64,000 nt of DNA from a virus (Duplodnaviria > Heunggongvirae > Uroviricota > Caudoviricetes). Below, piece after piece: positions 1-10,147 of this stretch. Below the pieces are notes generated by a model. It was not told the origin of the DNA and ran no database searches. It worked only from the letters and a program-made list of their open reading frames with translations. The position numbers and the translations under genes are program-made. The stretch covers positions 24,361 to 88,360 of IMG/VR virus record IMGVR_UViG_3300016484_000450. One strand, 5' to 3'. How positions within the stretch are numbered: the first letter of the stretch is position 1; each line of letters opens with the position of its first letter.

Positions 1-29
1 AGTGATTTCGTAACAATACAAATTTAAAA

Positions 30-1850
30 ATGGCACAGAAAAAAATAAATTATTTATCAAGGAACTTTGCTGAAGTAAGGACTGATTTATACAATTTTAT
101 TAAAAAATATTACCCAGATTTAATGTCTGATTTTAGTGATGCATCTATTGGTAGTATGTTAATTGAATTAAACGCTGCTGTAGCTGACATGTTGTCATAC
201 CAAACGGATAGAATGTTTAATGAAACACAAATAGATTATGCTCAACAAAGAAAGTCTGTTTTAAATATGGCCAGAACTTTAGGTGTTAAAGTACCTGGTT
301 ATAGACCTTCAGTAACATTAGTCGATTTTTCAGTTAAAGTACCCCCTTATGGTGATACTTTTGATGTTAGATACGCACCAGTTTTAAGATTTGGTGCTCA
401 AGTTACTGGAGCGGGTAAAGTTTTTGAAACTCTAGACGATATTGATTTTTCGTCACCATTCAGTAGTGGTGGTGTACCTAATAGACTTATCATCCCTAAT
501 TTTGATAATAACAATAATTTATTGAACTATACATTAGTAAAAAGAGAGTTAGTTGTTAATGGTAAAACGAGTTACTATACTAGAGCTATTGGTTCGTCAG
601 ATATAGTACCGTTCTTAGAAATAATTTTACCAGAATCTAACGTACTTTCAGTTGAGAGTGTTATCACTGTTGAAAATGCTACACCTTCTATCCCACCATT
701 AGATTATTTTATTGACCCTAATCTTAGATGGTATGAAGTTGATTCCCTGGCTGAAGATAAAGTTTTTATAGATGATAATTCCAGATATTCTGATAATATA
801 TCTATAACTCCGGCTAAATGGAAATCTATTACAAGAAAGTTTGTTAGTGAATACACTGATTCTGGTTTCTGTAAATTAACTTTTGGTAGTGGTGTTAATG
901 ATGATAATAATCAGTTAACACAATTACTAGCTAATTCTAATAACTTTATTAATACATTAGCTTTAGGTGAAATACCTAAGGCTGGTACCACATTATATGT
1001 TAGATATCGTGTAGGTGGGGGGTCTTCATCTAACCTAGGACCAAATGTTTTAACTAGTATTGGTACTATTGATATGGTCGTAAACGGGCCTAATGCAATA
1101 ATAAACCAAACAATCAAGAATTCTTTAACTGTTAATAATCCTATACCAGCTGTAGGTGGTGGTGAAGCACCATCTATTGATGAAATCAGAAATTTAACTA
1201 AATATAATTTCGCTTCACAAAATAGAAGTGTAACAATTAAAGATTATGTAGCACAACTACTTAAAATGCCTGGTAAATATGGGTTGGCTTATAGATGGAG
1301 TGTTGAAGAAAGGTCTAATAAAGTGGTAATAAACTTATTAGGTTTAGATCCTAGTGGTAAATTAACTAATGTTAGTTCATCTACCTTAAAAGAAAATATA
1401 GCAACGTGGTTAGCAGATTATAGAATGATTAATGATTATGTTGAGATAAATGACGGTAGAGTTTTAAATATTGGTTTAGATATAGATATTTTCGTAGATA
1501 AAAGTTTTAATGGTTCTGAGGTTGTTAACAACGCAATACAAAAAACTATACAATATTTTGATATCAAAAACTGGAGTATGGGTCAGGATATATATTTATC
1601 TAATCTTATTGAGACCATAAATAATGTTCCTGGAGTATTAAATGTTATTAATATACAAGTTAAAAATTTTGTTAGTGGTGATTATTCATTAAATAAGGCA
1701 TCACAACAGATAATAAGTGAGGATACAACGGTTTCACCGGCAGTTAGAATATTAAATACATCAGATTTTACAATATTTGGTGAACCTAATGCTATGTATG
1801 AGATTAAGTATCCTAACAAAGATATAAAAGTTAGAGTTAAAACTAATTAA
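30..1850 (+). CDS. virion structural protein, possibly baseplate wedge (gp6/J-like)
   Basis: 606-aa ORF that heads a long co-directional run of large structural ORFs. The next gene starts at its stop (TAATGG). No diagnostic motif was seen; the call rests on position and size. Confidence 0.3.
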   Translation: MAQKKINYLSRNFAEVRTDLYNFIKKYYPDLMSDFSDASIGSMLIELNAAVADMLSYQTDRMFNETQIDYAQQRKSVLNMARTLGVKVPGYRPSVTLVDFSVKVPPYGDTFDVRYAPVLRFGAQVTGAGKVFETLDDIDFSSPFSSGGVPNRLIIPNFDNNNNLLNYTLVKRELVVNGKTSYYTRAIGSSDIVPFLEIILPESNVLSVESVITVENATPSIPPLDYFIDPNLRWYEVDSLAEDKVFIDDNSRYSDNISITPAKWKSITRKFVSEYTDSGFCKLTFGSGVNDDNNQLTQLLANSNNFINTLALGEIPKAGTTLYVRYRVGGGSSSNLGPNVLTSIGTIDMVVNGPNAIINQTIKNSLTVNNPIPAVGGGEAPSIDEIRNLTKYNFASQNRSVTIKDYVAQLLKMPGKYGLAYRWSVEERSNKVVINLLGLDPSGKLTNVSSSTLKENIATWLADYRMINDYVEINDGRVLNIGLDIDIFVDKSFNGSEVVNNAIQKTIQYFDIKNWSMGQDIYLSNLIETINNVPGVLNVINIQVKNFVSGDYSLNKASQQIISEDTTVSPAVRILNTSDFTIFGEPNAMYEIKYPNKDIKVRVKTN

Positions 1851-2632
1851 TGGAACATTATTCACTTAAAAATACTTTTAATGGGGCTAATTTTTATACC
1901 GATGGTGAGTTATTGAATACCTCAGAGCCTACCAAGTTTCTTAGTATACCGATAAATCTATCTATAGATAATACTGGTTACGAAGATGTTATAAATCAAA
2001 TCATATCTGATGAAGTTAATAAAAATGTTAACTTAGTTAATGATAGAGAGACAATAAAATTTAGTTCAGCTGTATATAATACCTCAGAGAAATCTAATCT
2101 TAAGTTTAAATTCTATTTTTCATCAACAGCAGGTACTTATGGGGATAGTTTTATTTATGCTGGTTTTACACAAGATGATATAACTAATGTTAAAAATAGA
2201 TTAACTAAAAGTTTTTTTAAACTAGATTTTTATGATGGAGAAGATGATAATAAAAATTATTTATTCTCCGAATTTATAAATGTTAACTTAAATGTTAACA
2301 GTACAACTTTTGATTTTAATAGAATTTATTGGTTAAAAAATGACACTAAGTTTATTAACGAAAATACCTATAGAAAATTATATTTTGATGTAACATTTTT
2401 TAATGCTAAAGATGGTTCTATAAAAAAATTTATAAATAGAAACATACCTTCAGCTGTATATATGAACGAGTATAAAAATAATCCTAGTTGGAGATATTCT
2501 GAATTTAGAGTTTTAAATCCGTATACTAATGTTAATAATTTAAGTTTTAATAATAACAAAGTTTTTTATGTAGAACCTAGAAATGGTAATACAGATACAT
2601 TAATAAATTTTGTAGAAATAAAAATAATATAA
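1850..2632 (+). CDS. hypothetical virion protein
   Basis: 260-aa N/T/S-rich ORF, translationally coupled (stop/start overlap) within the structural block. Confidence 0.3.
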   Translation: MEHYSLKNTFNGANFYTDGELLNTSEPTKFLSIPINLSIDNTGYEDVINQIISDEVNKNVNLVNDRETIKFSSAVYNTSEKSNLKFKFYFSSTAGTYGDSFIYAGFTQDDITNVKNRLTKSFFKLDFYDGEDDNKNYLFSEFINVNLNVNSTTFDFNRIYWLKNDTKFINENTYRKLYFDVTFFNAKDGSIKKFINRNIPSAVYMNEYKNNPSWRYSEFRVLNPYTNVNNLSFNNNKVFYVEPRNGNTDTLINFVEIKII

Positions 2633-2634
2633 TA

Positions 2635-2862
2635 ATGGAATTTTATAAAAGAACAATAAAAACATCTGATTTTAAAAAAGTGGTAGATACAGGACAACCT
2701 GAATTACCATATCTTTTAGATGAAAAAGTGTCTTTAAGAATATTCCTAACACAAAACATAGAAGATATAGGGTTTTATGAGGATTATAAAACTGAAAGTA
2801 GAACTATAAATTTTAATGGTGGATTAAATTTCACAACAATAACTGGACACACAAAAATGTAA
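2635..2862 (+). CDS. hypothetical protein
   Basis: 75-aa ORF tightly packed between structural genes. Confidence 0.25.
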   Translation: MEFYKRTIKTSDFKKVVDTGQPELPYLLDEKVSLRIFLTQNIEDIGFYEDYKTESRTINFNGGLNFTTITGHTKM

Positions 2863-3536
2863 TGGGAGTAACAGGATTAACACAAAATAAATTATTTAGG
2901 ATAAAATCATTAGATCCCAATGACCCATATAAAGTAGGTTATAATGGTGTATTAGATGTATATAACGATGATTTTGGTTACACCATAGTTAAATATGAGA
3001 TAGATGACATCATATATAAATCCTATTTACCGACAACAAAACCACAGAATAGTATTAGAGATTTTACTTTAAATACAAGTAATACTTATAGTGGTTCTAA
3101 AAACATAGCAAAATTACCTTCAGATGGGTTAAATAAAATTAAGCTAGGCAACACAACATTAAAAAATAATGTTGGTAGTGTTTTCACTAAAAAAGACATT
3201 TTAAATTCAGGTCCTGATAATGTTCTAACTAAAAGTGTTAAGAATAATAATGTGATACCAGTTAATTATAGAACTGGTTTATATGGTAGTAACCCTGTGG
3301 GTGATACAATATTTGAAACTAAAACATTCAGTTACGCTCAGTTCATTACATCAGGTATTTTAAAAAATGAAAAATATATAGGGTTTATAGGTAGCCCAAA
3401 AGTTGAATCCGACCTATTTATAGAAAGAGATCAATACCCAATCTATGAGAGACACCAAAGACTTTCAGAAATAAATAATTTAGCTGAGTTATTCAATTAT
3501 AGAAACGGTTATTATACAGAAATAAACACAATTTAA
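2862..3536 (+). CDS. hypothetical virion protein
   Basis: 224-aa ORF with an ATG overlapping the upstream stop. Confidence 0.3.
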   Translation: MGVTGLTQNKLFRIKSLDPNDPYKVGYNGVLDVYNDDFGYTIVKYEIDDIIYKSYLPTTKPQNSIRDFTLNTSNTYSGSKNIAKLPSDGLNKIKLGNTTLKNNVGSVFTKKDILNSGPDNVLTKSVKNNNVIPVNYRTGLYGSNPVGDTIFETKTFSYAQFITSGILKNEKYIGFIGSPKVESDLFIERDQYPIYERHQRLSEINNLAELFNYRNGYYTEINTI

Positions 3537-3539
3537 AAA

Positions 3540-4427
3540 ATGGCAACAGGAAATTATGGTGTAGTAAGACCAGCTGACGTTTCAGTAGCGGACATACAAA
3601 TATTTTACAATTATACACCTAGTAGAAATATAAAACCATCACCACTTATAGAGTTAAGTGCCGATTCTTTATTAGAAACGGTTACTTCACCTATAGACCT
3701 TAATGGTGTAGCTTCAGCGTTACCTGGTTTATATAATTTAAATTTACCGGCTAATGTATTTAGTCAAAAAGGTTTTTATAACATAGTAATTAAACCTAGA
3801 GAATATAGGTTAACAATACAAGATTGTGGTGTATTATCTTCATCACCAGATATAAAGGGTGTTATTCTTAACGCTGCTGATTTACCTTCTAATATTACCT
3901 TAGATAGTTCATTAATAGGTTATAGAATAGAGTATTTCTCAAATGATGGTACTAAACTTAATAACATTTTTAGAATAATCACCTCAAATGGTAGAGTGGA
4001 ACCAGTTAATCAAAATTTAAATAATACTTCACAGAAGGCTATTAGATACAGATATAGAGATAACTCAGATTTAATATTTTGTACGTTAACACCAACATCT
4101 AACCCTGTAACACAACCAAATAAAATACCTTTTATTGGTTCAGCTGGACAAGTTATTACAATAACTAATACGTTCTTTAATCCAGTATTTTTAGAAATAG
4201 AAATGACTGAATACGATTTAGAAACATTATCATATGGTATATATGGTAACCAAACTAAATCAATACAAGATGGTAAATACACTATATATGATTCAAATAA
4301 TCAAATATACAAACAATATAATCTTTACGAAATACAAGATAATACTGGTACACCTTTATATGAAGTTAGACAAGAAGTTGATACAATTGATACCACTAAA
4401 AACTTTGATAATATAACTCTACCTTAA
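3540..4427 (+). CDS. hypothetical virion protein
   Basis: 295-aa ORF in the structural block. Confidence 0.3.
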   Translation: MATGNYGVVRPADVSVADIQIFYNYTPSRNIKPSPLIELSADSLLETVTSPIDLNGVASALPGLYNLNLPANVFSQKGFYNIVIKPREYRLTIQDCGVLSSSPDIKGVILNAADLPSNITLDSSLIGYRIEYFSNDGTKLNNIFRIITSNGRVEPVNQNLNNTSQKAIRYRYRDNSDLIFCTLTPTSNPVTQPNKIPFIGSAGQVITITNTFFNPVFLEIEMTEYDLETLSYGIYGNQTKSIQDGKYTIYDSNNQIYKQYNLYEIQDNTGTPLYEVRQEVDTIDTTKNFDNITLP

Positions 4428-4437
4428 GTAAAATAAA

Positions 4438-7158
4438 ATGGCAATAAAAGTAATACCAGGGGCTTTAACAGATGCTTATAAAAGTAGGGAAGGTGACTTT
4501 GCCCCAGATTTGGTAGGGTTCCAATTCACCAAAAGTTCAGCACTTTTTACTCTAGGTAATTTTTCATTAACTACTAACACAGACCAACTTACTGGTCAAG
4601 TTTTTAATACAGGTACTTTTTCTGACCCAATAAGTTTAGATAGTTTAACTTTATCACAAGTAGAATCACAAGCTATTGAACAAAATAGTAATACACTATC
4701 TGTTACCTTAAATAATAATAAAAATAATTTTTTAAGTTATGTTTATTTTGGTGAGTCTAAAAAATTCTTAGAGACAGAGATAAGTGGTATAATCAATAGT
4801 TGGAAAGGTAGTTTATATATTGAACAATCTAATTTAACAGATACTGTTGTAAACTATAGTTACAACCAATATACTAATGAAACTTATTTTAGTTTTTCAG
4901 TGTATGTTGCTGAAAATATTTTTAGTTTAAGTACTGGTTCTAGTGATTTTACATATGATGAAAATAATATTGGGTTTTTACAACAAAATTATTTAAAATA
5001 TGAAATAAAAAATGATTACGGTGTATTCCCAGTTATTGGATACACTGGTAATAGTGTAAATAGTGATTATATAAATCTTAAATTAACAGGTAATGTTTGG
5101 CCTTCTTTAACAGCTAACACTAGTGGTTCATTTACTTATCATTTAAAACCTAATGATAGTTCTTTACAGAAATATTTTTTCAGTAAATTAAGTGATTTTC
5201 AAAATCAATTATTAAATAGATTAACTGTACCACAATATACTTTAATTTTAGATATACCATATAAAAATGAATTAGGTTATACATTTACAGTATCTAAGAG
5301 TTTTACTTGGCCAACAAGTGATGGATTTAACTTAGATGTAGATACTAGAAATTATGGTGAATATTTGGATAAAATATTTGGTTTAGCTAATGATTTAGAT
5401 GCTAATAGTACTAGTATAATGACTAGAAAATTGGTAGCATCTTCAATACTAGAATTTGATAGTGAGGGTGATGGTACTACGACTACTGGTCGTAAAATGG
5501 ATAAATTACTTAAGATTTGGGGTAGGGAATATGATGAAGTTAAGAGATATATTGATGGTATATCTTTTGCTAATGTTGTAACATACGATGGTAAAGACAA
5601 TACACCAGACGAATTAATTAAAATATTAGCTCAAACATTAGGATTCGATACAATACAAACGTTCTCAAACAATGATTTAGTAAATTATTTAGCCACAACA
5701 ACTAACGCTATTTTTTCTGGACAATCAAGAAGTTTATCAATACAAGAATTAGATACTGAACTATGGAAAAGATTAGTAATAAATGCTTGGTGGTTATTTA
5801 GGTCTAAAGGAACTAGAAAAGTTATTGAATTTTTCTTAAATCTTTTTAGAATAGATGAGTGTTTAATAGATTTAAATGAATATGTTTATTTAGTTGAACA
5901 AAAAATAGATTACCTAGAAGCAAGACAAAAAGTTTTTGATTACGTGTTACTGTCTACTGGTATTGATGCTGACGGTGATAACGCTTCTTTTTATAATTTA
6001 AATATACCAATAGATAGAGATGGTTATCCATTACCATTACCTGATACATCAGACTACTACTTCCAAATGGGAGGATTTTGGTATAATGGAGGAACTGAGG
6101 ATAATACAAAACCAAATATTAACGGTAATAACCCACACTATGGTCCTTATGATTATGGCGAGGCTTATTTCAATAAATTCAGATGTTTTGTCGACAATTT
6201 TAACCCATTAATACAAACAGTTAATTTAAACCAATTAACATTTAACTATTTTAAAGATTATACTTACGGTTCTATAGAAAATAGTACACCACAAACTTTA
6301 AGCATTTCTAACGCTACTGGGTCTACAGTTAATTTAACAGAAACTGGAACAATACTAACTAATTACAATCAGTTTTATGCTGGTGTAATGAATGATAACA
6401 GTAGGGTGACAACTGGGACAACTGTTCTTAATGCTGGTAAAACAGATGAATACAGTAATACTGGTAATTTCTCTTTCAAAATTAATTTCTCAACAGGAAG
6501 TGGTAAAGAATGTGAAGTATGTCCACCACAAATATTTTTAGGTAAGGGTGGTACTAGTGATGGTTTAGTCACTTATTTATATAACGATGAATTATTCAAC
6601 GTAACATCGAAAGATTGTTGTGATTTTTATCATTTCTACACATACCCTAATTTAGACACTACTACTGGTGGTAATCTATGTTACTGGTGCCCACCTAAGA
6701 GTAGTTTTGTTGAGGTTAGTCCAATAAACGGTAACATTATTGTCTTACCACCATTAAATACTGGTACAACAAACCCTACAAACCCAGCTAACCCTATTGG
6801 TGGACCGACACTACCTTCTAACCCTATTGGTGGGCCTACAAGTCCATCTACCCCAGTTTTAACACCTACTGGTGTTGGATCTATAGTATCCCCTGTATTA
6901 GTTACGTCATCAGTAGGTAATGTAGCAACTAGTCCAGTATTAAAAACGCCGGTACCTAATGGTGGTTCTTTATCAGTACTTTCACCTAAAAAAGATACTG
7001 TAATATATTTTACAGGTCCTGATGGTACATTAATACCACCTAACAAAGATTGTTGTACACTTAGAGGTTATTCTTGGAACTATATAACTAAAAAATGTGT
7101 AACTAAAGTAATAACAACAGATACGGCCACATCTAATGATGCGGTAGCTGTATTATAA
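4438..7158 (+). CDS. large virion/tail protein with Cys-rich C-terminal modules and a Pro/Thr linker
   Basis: 906 aa. The C-terminal third carries repeated CC-x(3-6)-G-[YFV]-x-W-x(4-8)-C modules (CCDFYHFY...CYWCPP; CCTLRGYSWNYITKKC). A P/T-rich linker carries NPIGGPT(L/S)PS repeats. Confidence 0.4.
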   Translation: MAIKVIPGALTDAYKSREGDFAPDLVGFQFTKSSALFTLGNFSLTTNTDQLTGQVFNTGTFSDPISLDSLTLSQVESQAIEQNSNTLSVTLNNNKNNFLSYVYFGESKKFLETEISGIINSWKGSLYIEQSNLTDTVVNYSYNQYTNETYFSFSVYVAENIFSLSTGSSDFTYDENNIGFLQQNYLKYEIKNDYGVFPVIGYTGNSVNSDYINLKLTGNVWPSLTANTSGSFTYHLKPNDSSLQKYFFSKLSDFQNQLLNRLTVPQYTLILDIPYKNELGYTFTVSKSFTWPTSDGFNLDVDTRNYGEYLDKIFGLANDLDANSTSIMTRKLVASSILEFDSEGDGTTTTGRKMDKLLKIWGREYDEVKRYIDGISFANVVTYDGKDNTPDELIKILAQTLGFDTIQTFSNNDLVNYLATTTNAIFSGQSRSLSIQELDTELWKRLVINAWWLFRSKGTRKVIEFFLNLFRIDECLIDLNEYVYLVEQKIDYLEARQKVFDYVLLSTGIDADGDNASFYNLNIPIDRDGYPLPLPDTSDYYFQMGGFWYNGGTEDNTKPNINGNNPHYGPYDYGEAYFNKFRCFVDNFNPLIQTVNLNQLTFNYFKDYTYGSIENSTPQTLSISNATGSTVNLTETGTILTNYNQFYAGVMNDNSRVTTGTTVLNAGKTDEYSNTGNFSFKINFSTGSGKECEVCPPQIFLGKGGTSDGLVTYLYNDELFNVTSKDCCDFYHFYTYPNLDTTTGGNLCYWCPPKSSFVEVSPINGNIIVLPPLNTGTTNPTNPANPIGGPTLPSNPIGGPTSPSTPVLTPTGVGSIVSPVLVTSSVGNVATSPVLKTPVPNGGSLSVLSPKKDTVIYFTGPDGTLIPPNKDCCTLRGYSWNYITKKCVTKVITTDTATSNDAVAVL

Positions 7159-7177
7159 TATATTAAGATAAAAAATA

Positions 7178-10147
7178 ATGGCTTGTAGAATAGAAGACCT
7201 TGAACCGTCACAGATAATATTAGGTTGTACAGACCCACTAGCATCCAATTTTAATGCTGATGCAACAGTTGATGACAATTCTTGTTTATATACAATTAGT
7301 TATGTTTCTGGATGTACAGACCCTAGTGCTTTAAATTTTAATGCTGATGCTACAGTTGATGATGGTTCTTGTGTTTTTAAAGAATGTCCTACTGTTTTTG
7401 AAATAAGACCTAGTGATGGAGTTGTTTTTTATACAGAATATACACAAGTAAAAGGTGTATCAACTACAGGTCCAACAAATCCTACGGTACCAGTTTCAGT
7501 ACCTTTAACAGAAGATTGTTGTACAGAAGCTATAGTTGGCCAACCCGTGATTTGGGATGGGACTTTTTGTAAAATAACTAGTTCTGGTAAATGTCCAGAA
7601 CCTTTATCTGTTAGTGTTGAAGGTGTTATTTTAAGTAGTTTTGGTACACCAGTAAATGAAACTTGTTGTTCATACGTTAAATATGGTGTTTGGGATCCTA
7701 ACTACCAAATAAGTACGGCAACAGCTCCAGGAGCTTGTATTGATACAAGTTTTAATGCTGAAGAGTGTAATTTAAGTTTATCTGATTTAGTATTTAATAA
7801 TGATGGTTCAATATCTGTATTACCAGACCCAATATTTACTGGAACAACTGGTAATAGCAATGTAGATAGTGGTGGATTATTAGGTGATACAGGACAATCT
7901 ACCTGTGTTAACTTACAAAATTGGTTTGTAGTTCCCTTAGATAATATCTATAGTACAACATCCATTCCTTTGGGATATCCTAATGGTAATGTTGTTGTTT
8001 TAACTACAAATGATGCTAACGCTTTAAATATACCACAAGGACAACAAATACAACTTATTGGAATGGATGTTGTACCTTTACAAAATACTTGTTATAACAT
8101 AACATCTATATCTACATTAAATACGGTAACAACTGTATTAGATGTTGTTAACTTCCCAGGGTCTTCATTGTATTATATTTATACATCAATTTATATACCT
8201 AGTTCTGAAGCTATCTCAAATAACTGTGTAAACGTCCAAGGACCACCAGAAACTTCATTAGAAATTGTTGTAGATGGTAGTGGTTATGCTTGTTTAGTTT
8301 TTGGTCAACCAGAGCCTGGACCGACAAATGGTTGTATACCATTTAATAGTTTCTTTTTTGACCCACTTTATTTAGCTAGTTCTTATATAACAACAATTAA
8401 CGGTAATAACACTAATTTATGTAATTTACAAAATTTATATAATAATGATTATTATTTATATGTCATAACCAGTGACCCAAGTATTTTAAACTTAAATGAT
8501 TGTTCAGATTATGAGTTCGATTCATCATTTAATCAAGCTTTAGCTGATAGTTGTTGGGGTCAAGTATATACTGTTTATGAAACAGACCAATACGGAAATC
8601 AATCTAGTATTTTACAGGGACAATTAGATGTTAATTTTACCACAGCAACATTATTAGCAAAAAATATTGTAAATTCTGGTCAATATGCTGGTAATTATAT
8701 AGCTTTATTTAATATTAGTATACCTGGTTTAGGTGGAGATAATTTAAAAAACAATCAAAGTTGTGGAACCATAGAATACTCTGGACAAATATGTTTAGGT
8801 GTAGGTACGGGTAATAAAACACCAGTACCATCAGTAAGTAAAAAACTACCACCATATAATCTTAATGGAGACTTCTCAAATATATTAGATATTTTAAATA
8901 ACAATACCAATAATCCTAGTATTGAGTTAACTGAAATATGTTGTGAAGAATTAGGTAATGGTTTCTGGACATTTGTTGACGGTAAGTGTTATTGGAAAGC
9001 CCCTAAATTACCAGAATTAGTATCTTTAGGTATTAGTGAGAATGATGTTATAGTAACAGATTCTGGTTGTGATACATTAAGAGTTTGTATGTCATTCTTT
9101 TTAGAAAGACCAGATAGACCAGAATGTGATATAGCTGATAATAATATTACAGCTAGTTTAGGAATATATAGTGGAGATATAGCAACTAATTTATTAAATG
9201 TAACACAAGTATCTACATTTGATTTATCTAGAGATGGATACTGTCAATGGATAAATTTATGTATCGATGTAACTGGGTTTGAGGGAATTCCTTTTAAAAT
9301 CAAATTAAATCTTGACGGTGTTTTAGACTGTTGTGATTATGAAGTTTATGTTGATGATATTAGTGTTAACTGTACAATACAGGATGAGATAACTGTTTTA
9401 AATCAAAGTGATTGTCCAGGATTTAAATTACGTAAAGTAGTTGATAATAAAAAATCTTGGGTATACAATGATGGTGAGGTTATTAATAGAATATTCGCTC
9501 CTAGTGTGGATGCTGATATTCCTTGGAGATATACAAATTATTTTGAGCAATCTGGTGTATACGAAACACATAGTAAGTTAGTATTGAACACTAAAGAATT
9601 ACAATTAACTTTTAATATGTGTTCTGGTGAAAATTGTAGTGTTAGTGGTACATCACTTTCTGTTTACGATTTAATAAACTATAAAAATAACTTCCAGAAT
9701 TTCTGGGTTAAATTTATTGAGCAATTTGTACCGGCAACTACAATATTTGTGGCTGGGGAAAAATGGTGTACAAGAGAAAATCAGATATGCCAAACTTATA
9801 CTGATTGTAATTATAATAATAACTTTAGTTTATCTGATTTAGGTATTACCCATACAAATGGTGATACTAATAAGAGAACTACTAATATAACTGAAGGTAG
9901 TAATGTTGATATTAATATTGGTACAACTACAATAACTTCTACTAAAACAGGTGATTACGGAACTAATAATACAGATCAACCTATAATAACTAAAAACTTT
10001 GTAGGGTCGTTTATACCAAACGATACCAGTACTTTAGTTGATAAAGAATTGACTTTGATTAAAGGTTTACTACCATTACTTGAGAAGGGTATGACAGATT
10101 TTAGAAGTAAAATAAATACTCAACAAACTATTAATATAATAATTTAA
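7178..10147 (+). CDS. large tail fibre / receptor-binding-like protein
   Basis: 989 aa. Two N-terminal tandem repeats match GCTDP(L/S)A(S/L)NFNADATVDD(N/G)SC. Further CC...G.W...C modules follow (CCTEAIVGQPVIWDGTFC; CCSYVKYGVW; CCEELGNGFWTFVDGKCYW; CCDYEV). Confidence 0.4.
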   Translation: MACRIEDLEPSQIILGCTDPLASNFNADATVDDNSCLYTISYVSGCTDPSALNFNADATVDDGSCVFKECPTVFEIRPSDGVVFYTEYTQVKGVSTTGPTNPTVPVSVPLTEDCCTEAIVGQPVIWDGTFCKITSSGKCPEPLSVSVEGVILSSFGTPVNETCCSYVKYGVWDPNYQISTATAPGACIDTSFNAEECNLSLSDLVFNNDGSISVLPDPIFTGTTGNSNVDSGGLLGDTGQSTCVNLQNWFVVPLDNIYSTTSIPLGYPNGNVVVLTTNDANALNIPQGQQIQLIGMDVVPLQNTCYNITSISTLNTVTTVLDVVNFPGSSLYYIYTSIYIPSSEAISNNCVNVQGPPETSLEIVVDGSGYACLVFGQPEPGPTNGCIPFNSFFFDPLYLASSYITTINGNNTNLCNLQNLYNNDYYLYVITSDPSILNLNDCSDYEFDSSFNQALADSCWGQVYTVYETDQYGNQSSILQGQLDVNFTTATLLAKNIVNSGQYAGNYIALFNISIPGLGGDNLKNNQSCGTIEYSGQICLGVGTGNKTPVPSVSKKLPPYNLNGDFSNILDILNNNTNNPSIELTEICCEELGNGFWTFVDGKCYWKAPKLPELVSLGISENDVIVTDSGCDTLRVCMSFFLERPDRPECDIADNNITASLGIYSGDIATNLLNVTQVSTFDLSRDGYCQWINLCIDVTGFEGIPFKIKLNLDGVLDCCDYEVYVDDISVNCTIQDEITVLNQSDCPGFKLRKVVDNKKSWVYNDGEVINRIFAPSVDADIPWRYTNYFEQSGVYETHSKLVLNTKELQLTFNMCSGENCSVSGTSLSVYDLINYKNNFQNFWVKFIEQFVPATTIFVAGEKWCTRENQICQTYTDCNYNNNFSLSDLGITHTNGDTNKRTTNITEGSNVDINIGTTTITSTKTGDYGTNNTDQPIITKNFVGSFIPNDTSTLVDKELTLIKGLLPLLEKGMTDFRSKINTQQTINIII
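7221..7370 (+). repeat. tandem coding repeat (2 x about 63 nt) encoding the GCTDP...NFNADATVDDxSC motif
   Basis: ggttgtacagacccactagcatccaattttaatgctgatgcaacagttgatgac... and ggatgtacagaccctagtgctttaaattttaatgctgatgctacagttgatgat..., with an 87-nt period, inside ORF 7178. Confidence 0.6.

Noticed and set aside
6681-7046. Minus-strand 121-aa ORF.
   Set aside because: It is antisense to the Pro/Thr-rich linker of the 906-aa virion protein. The G/P/V-rich product is a compositional artefact.
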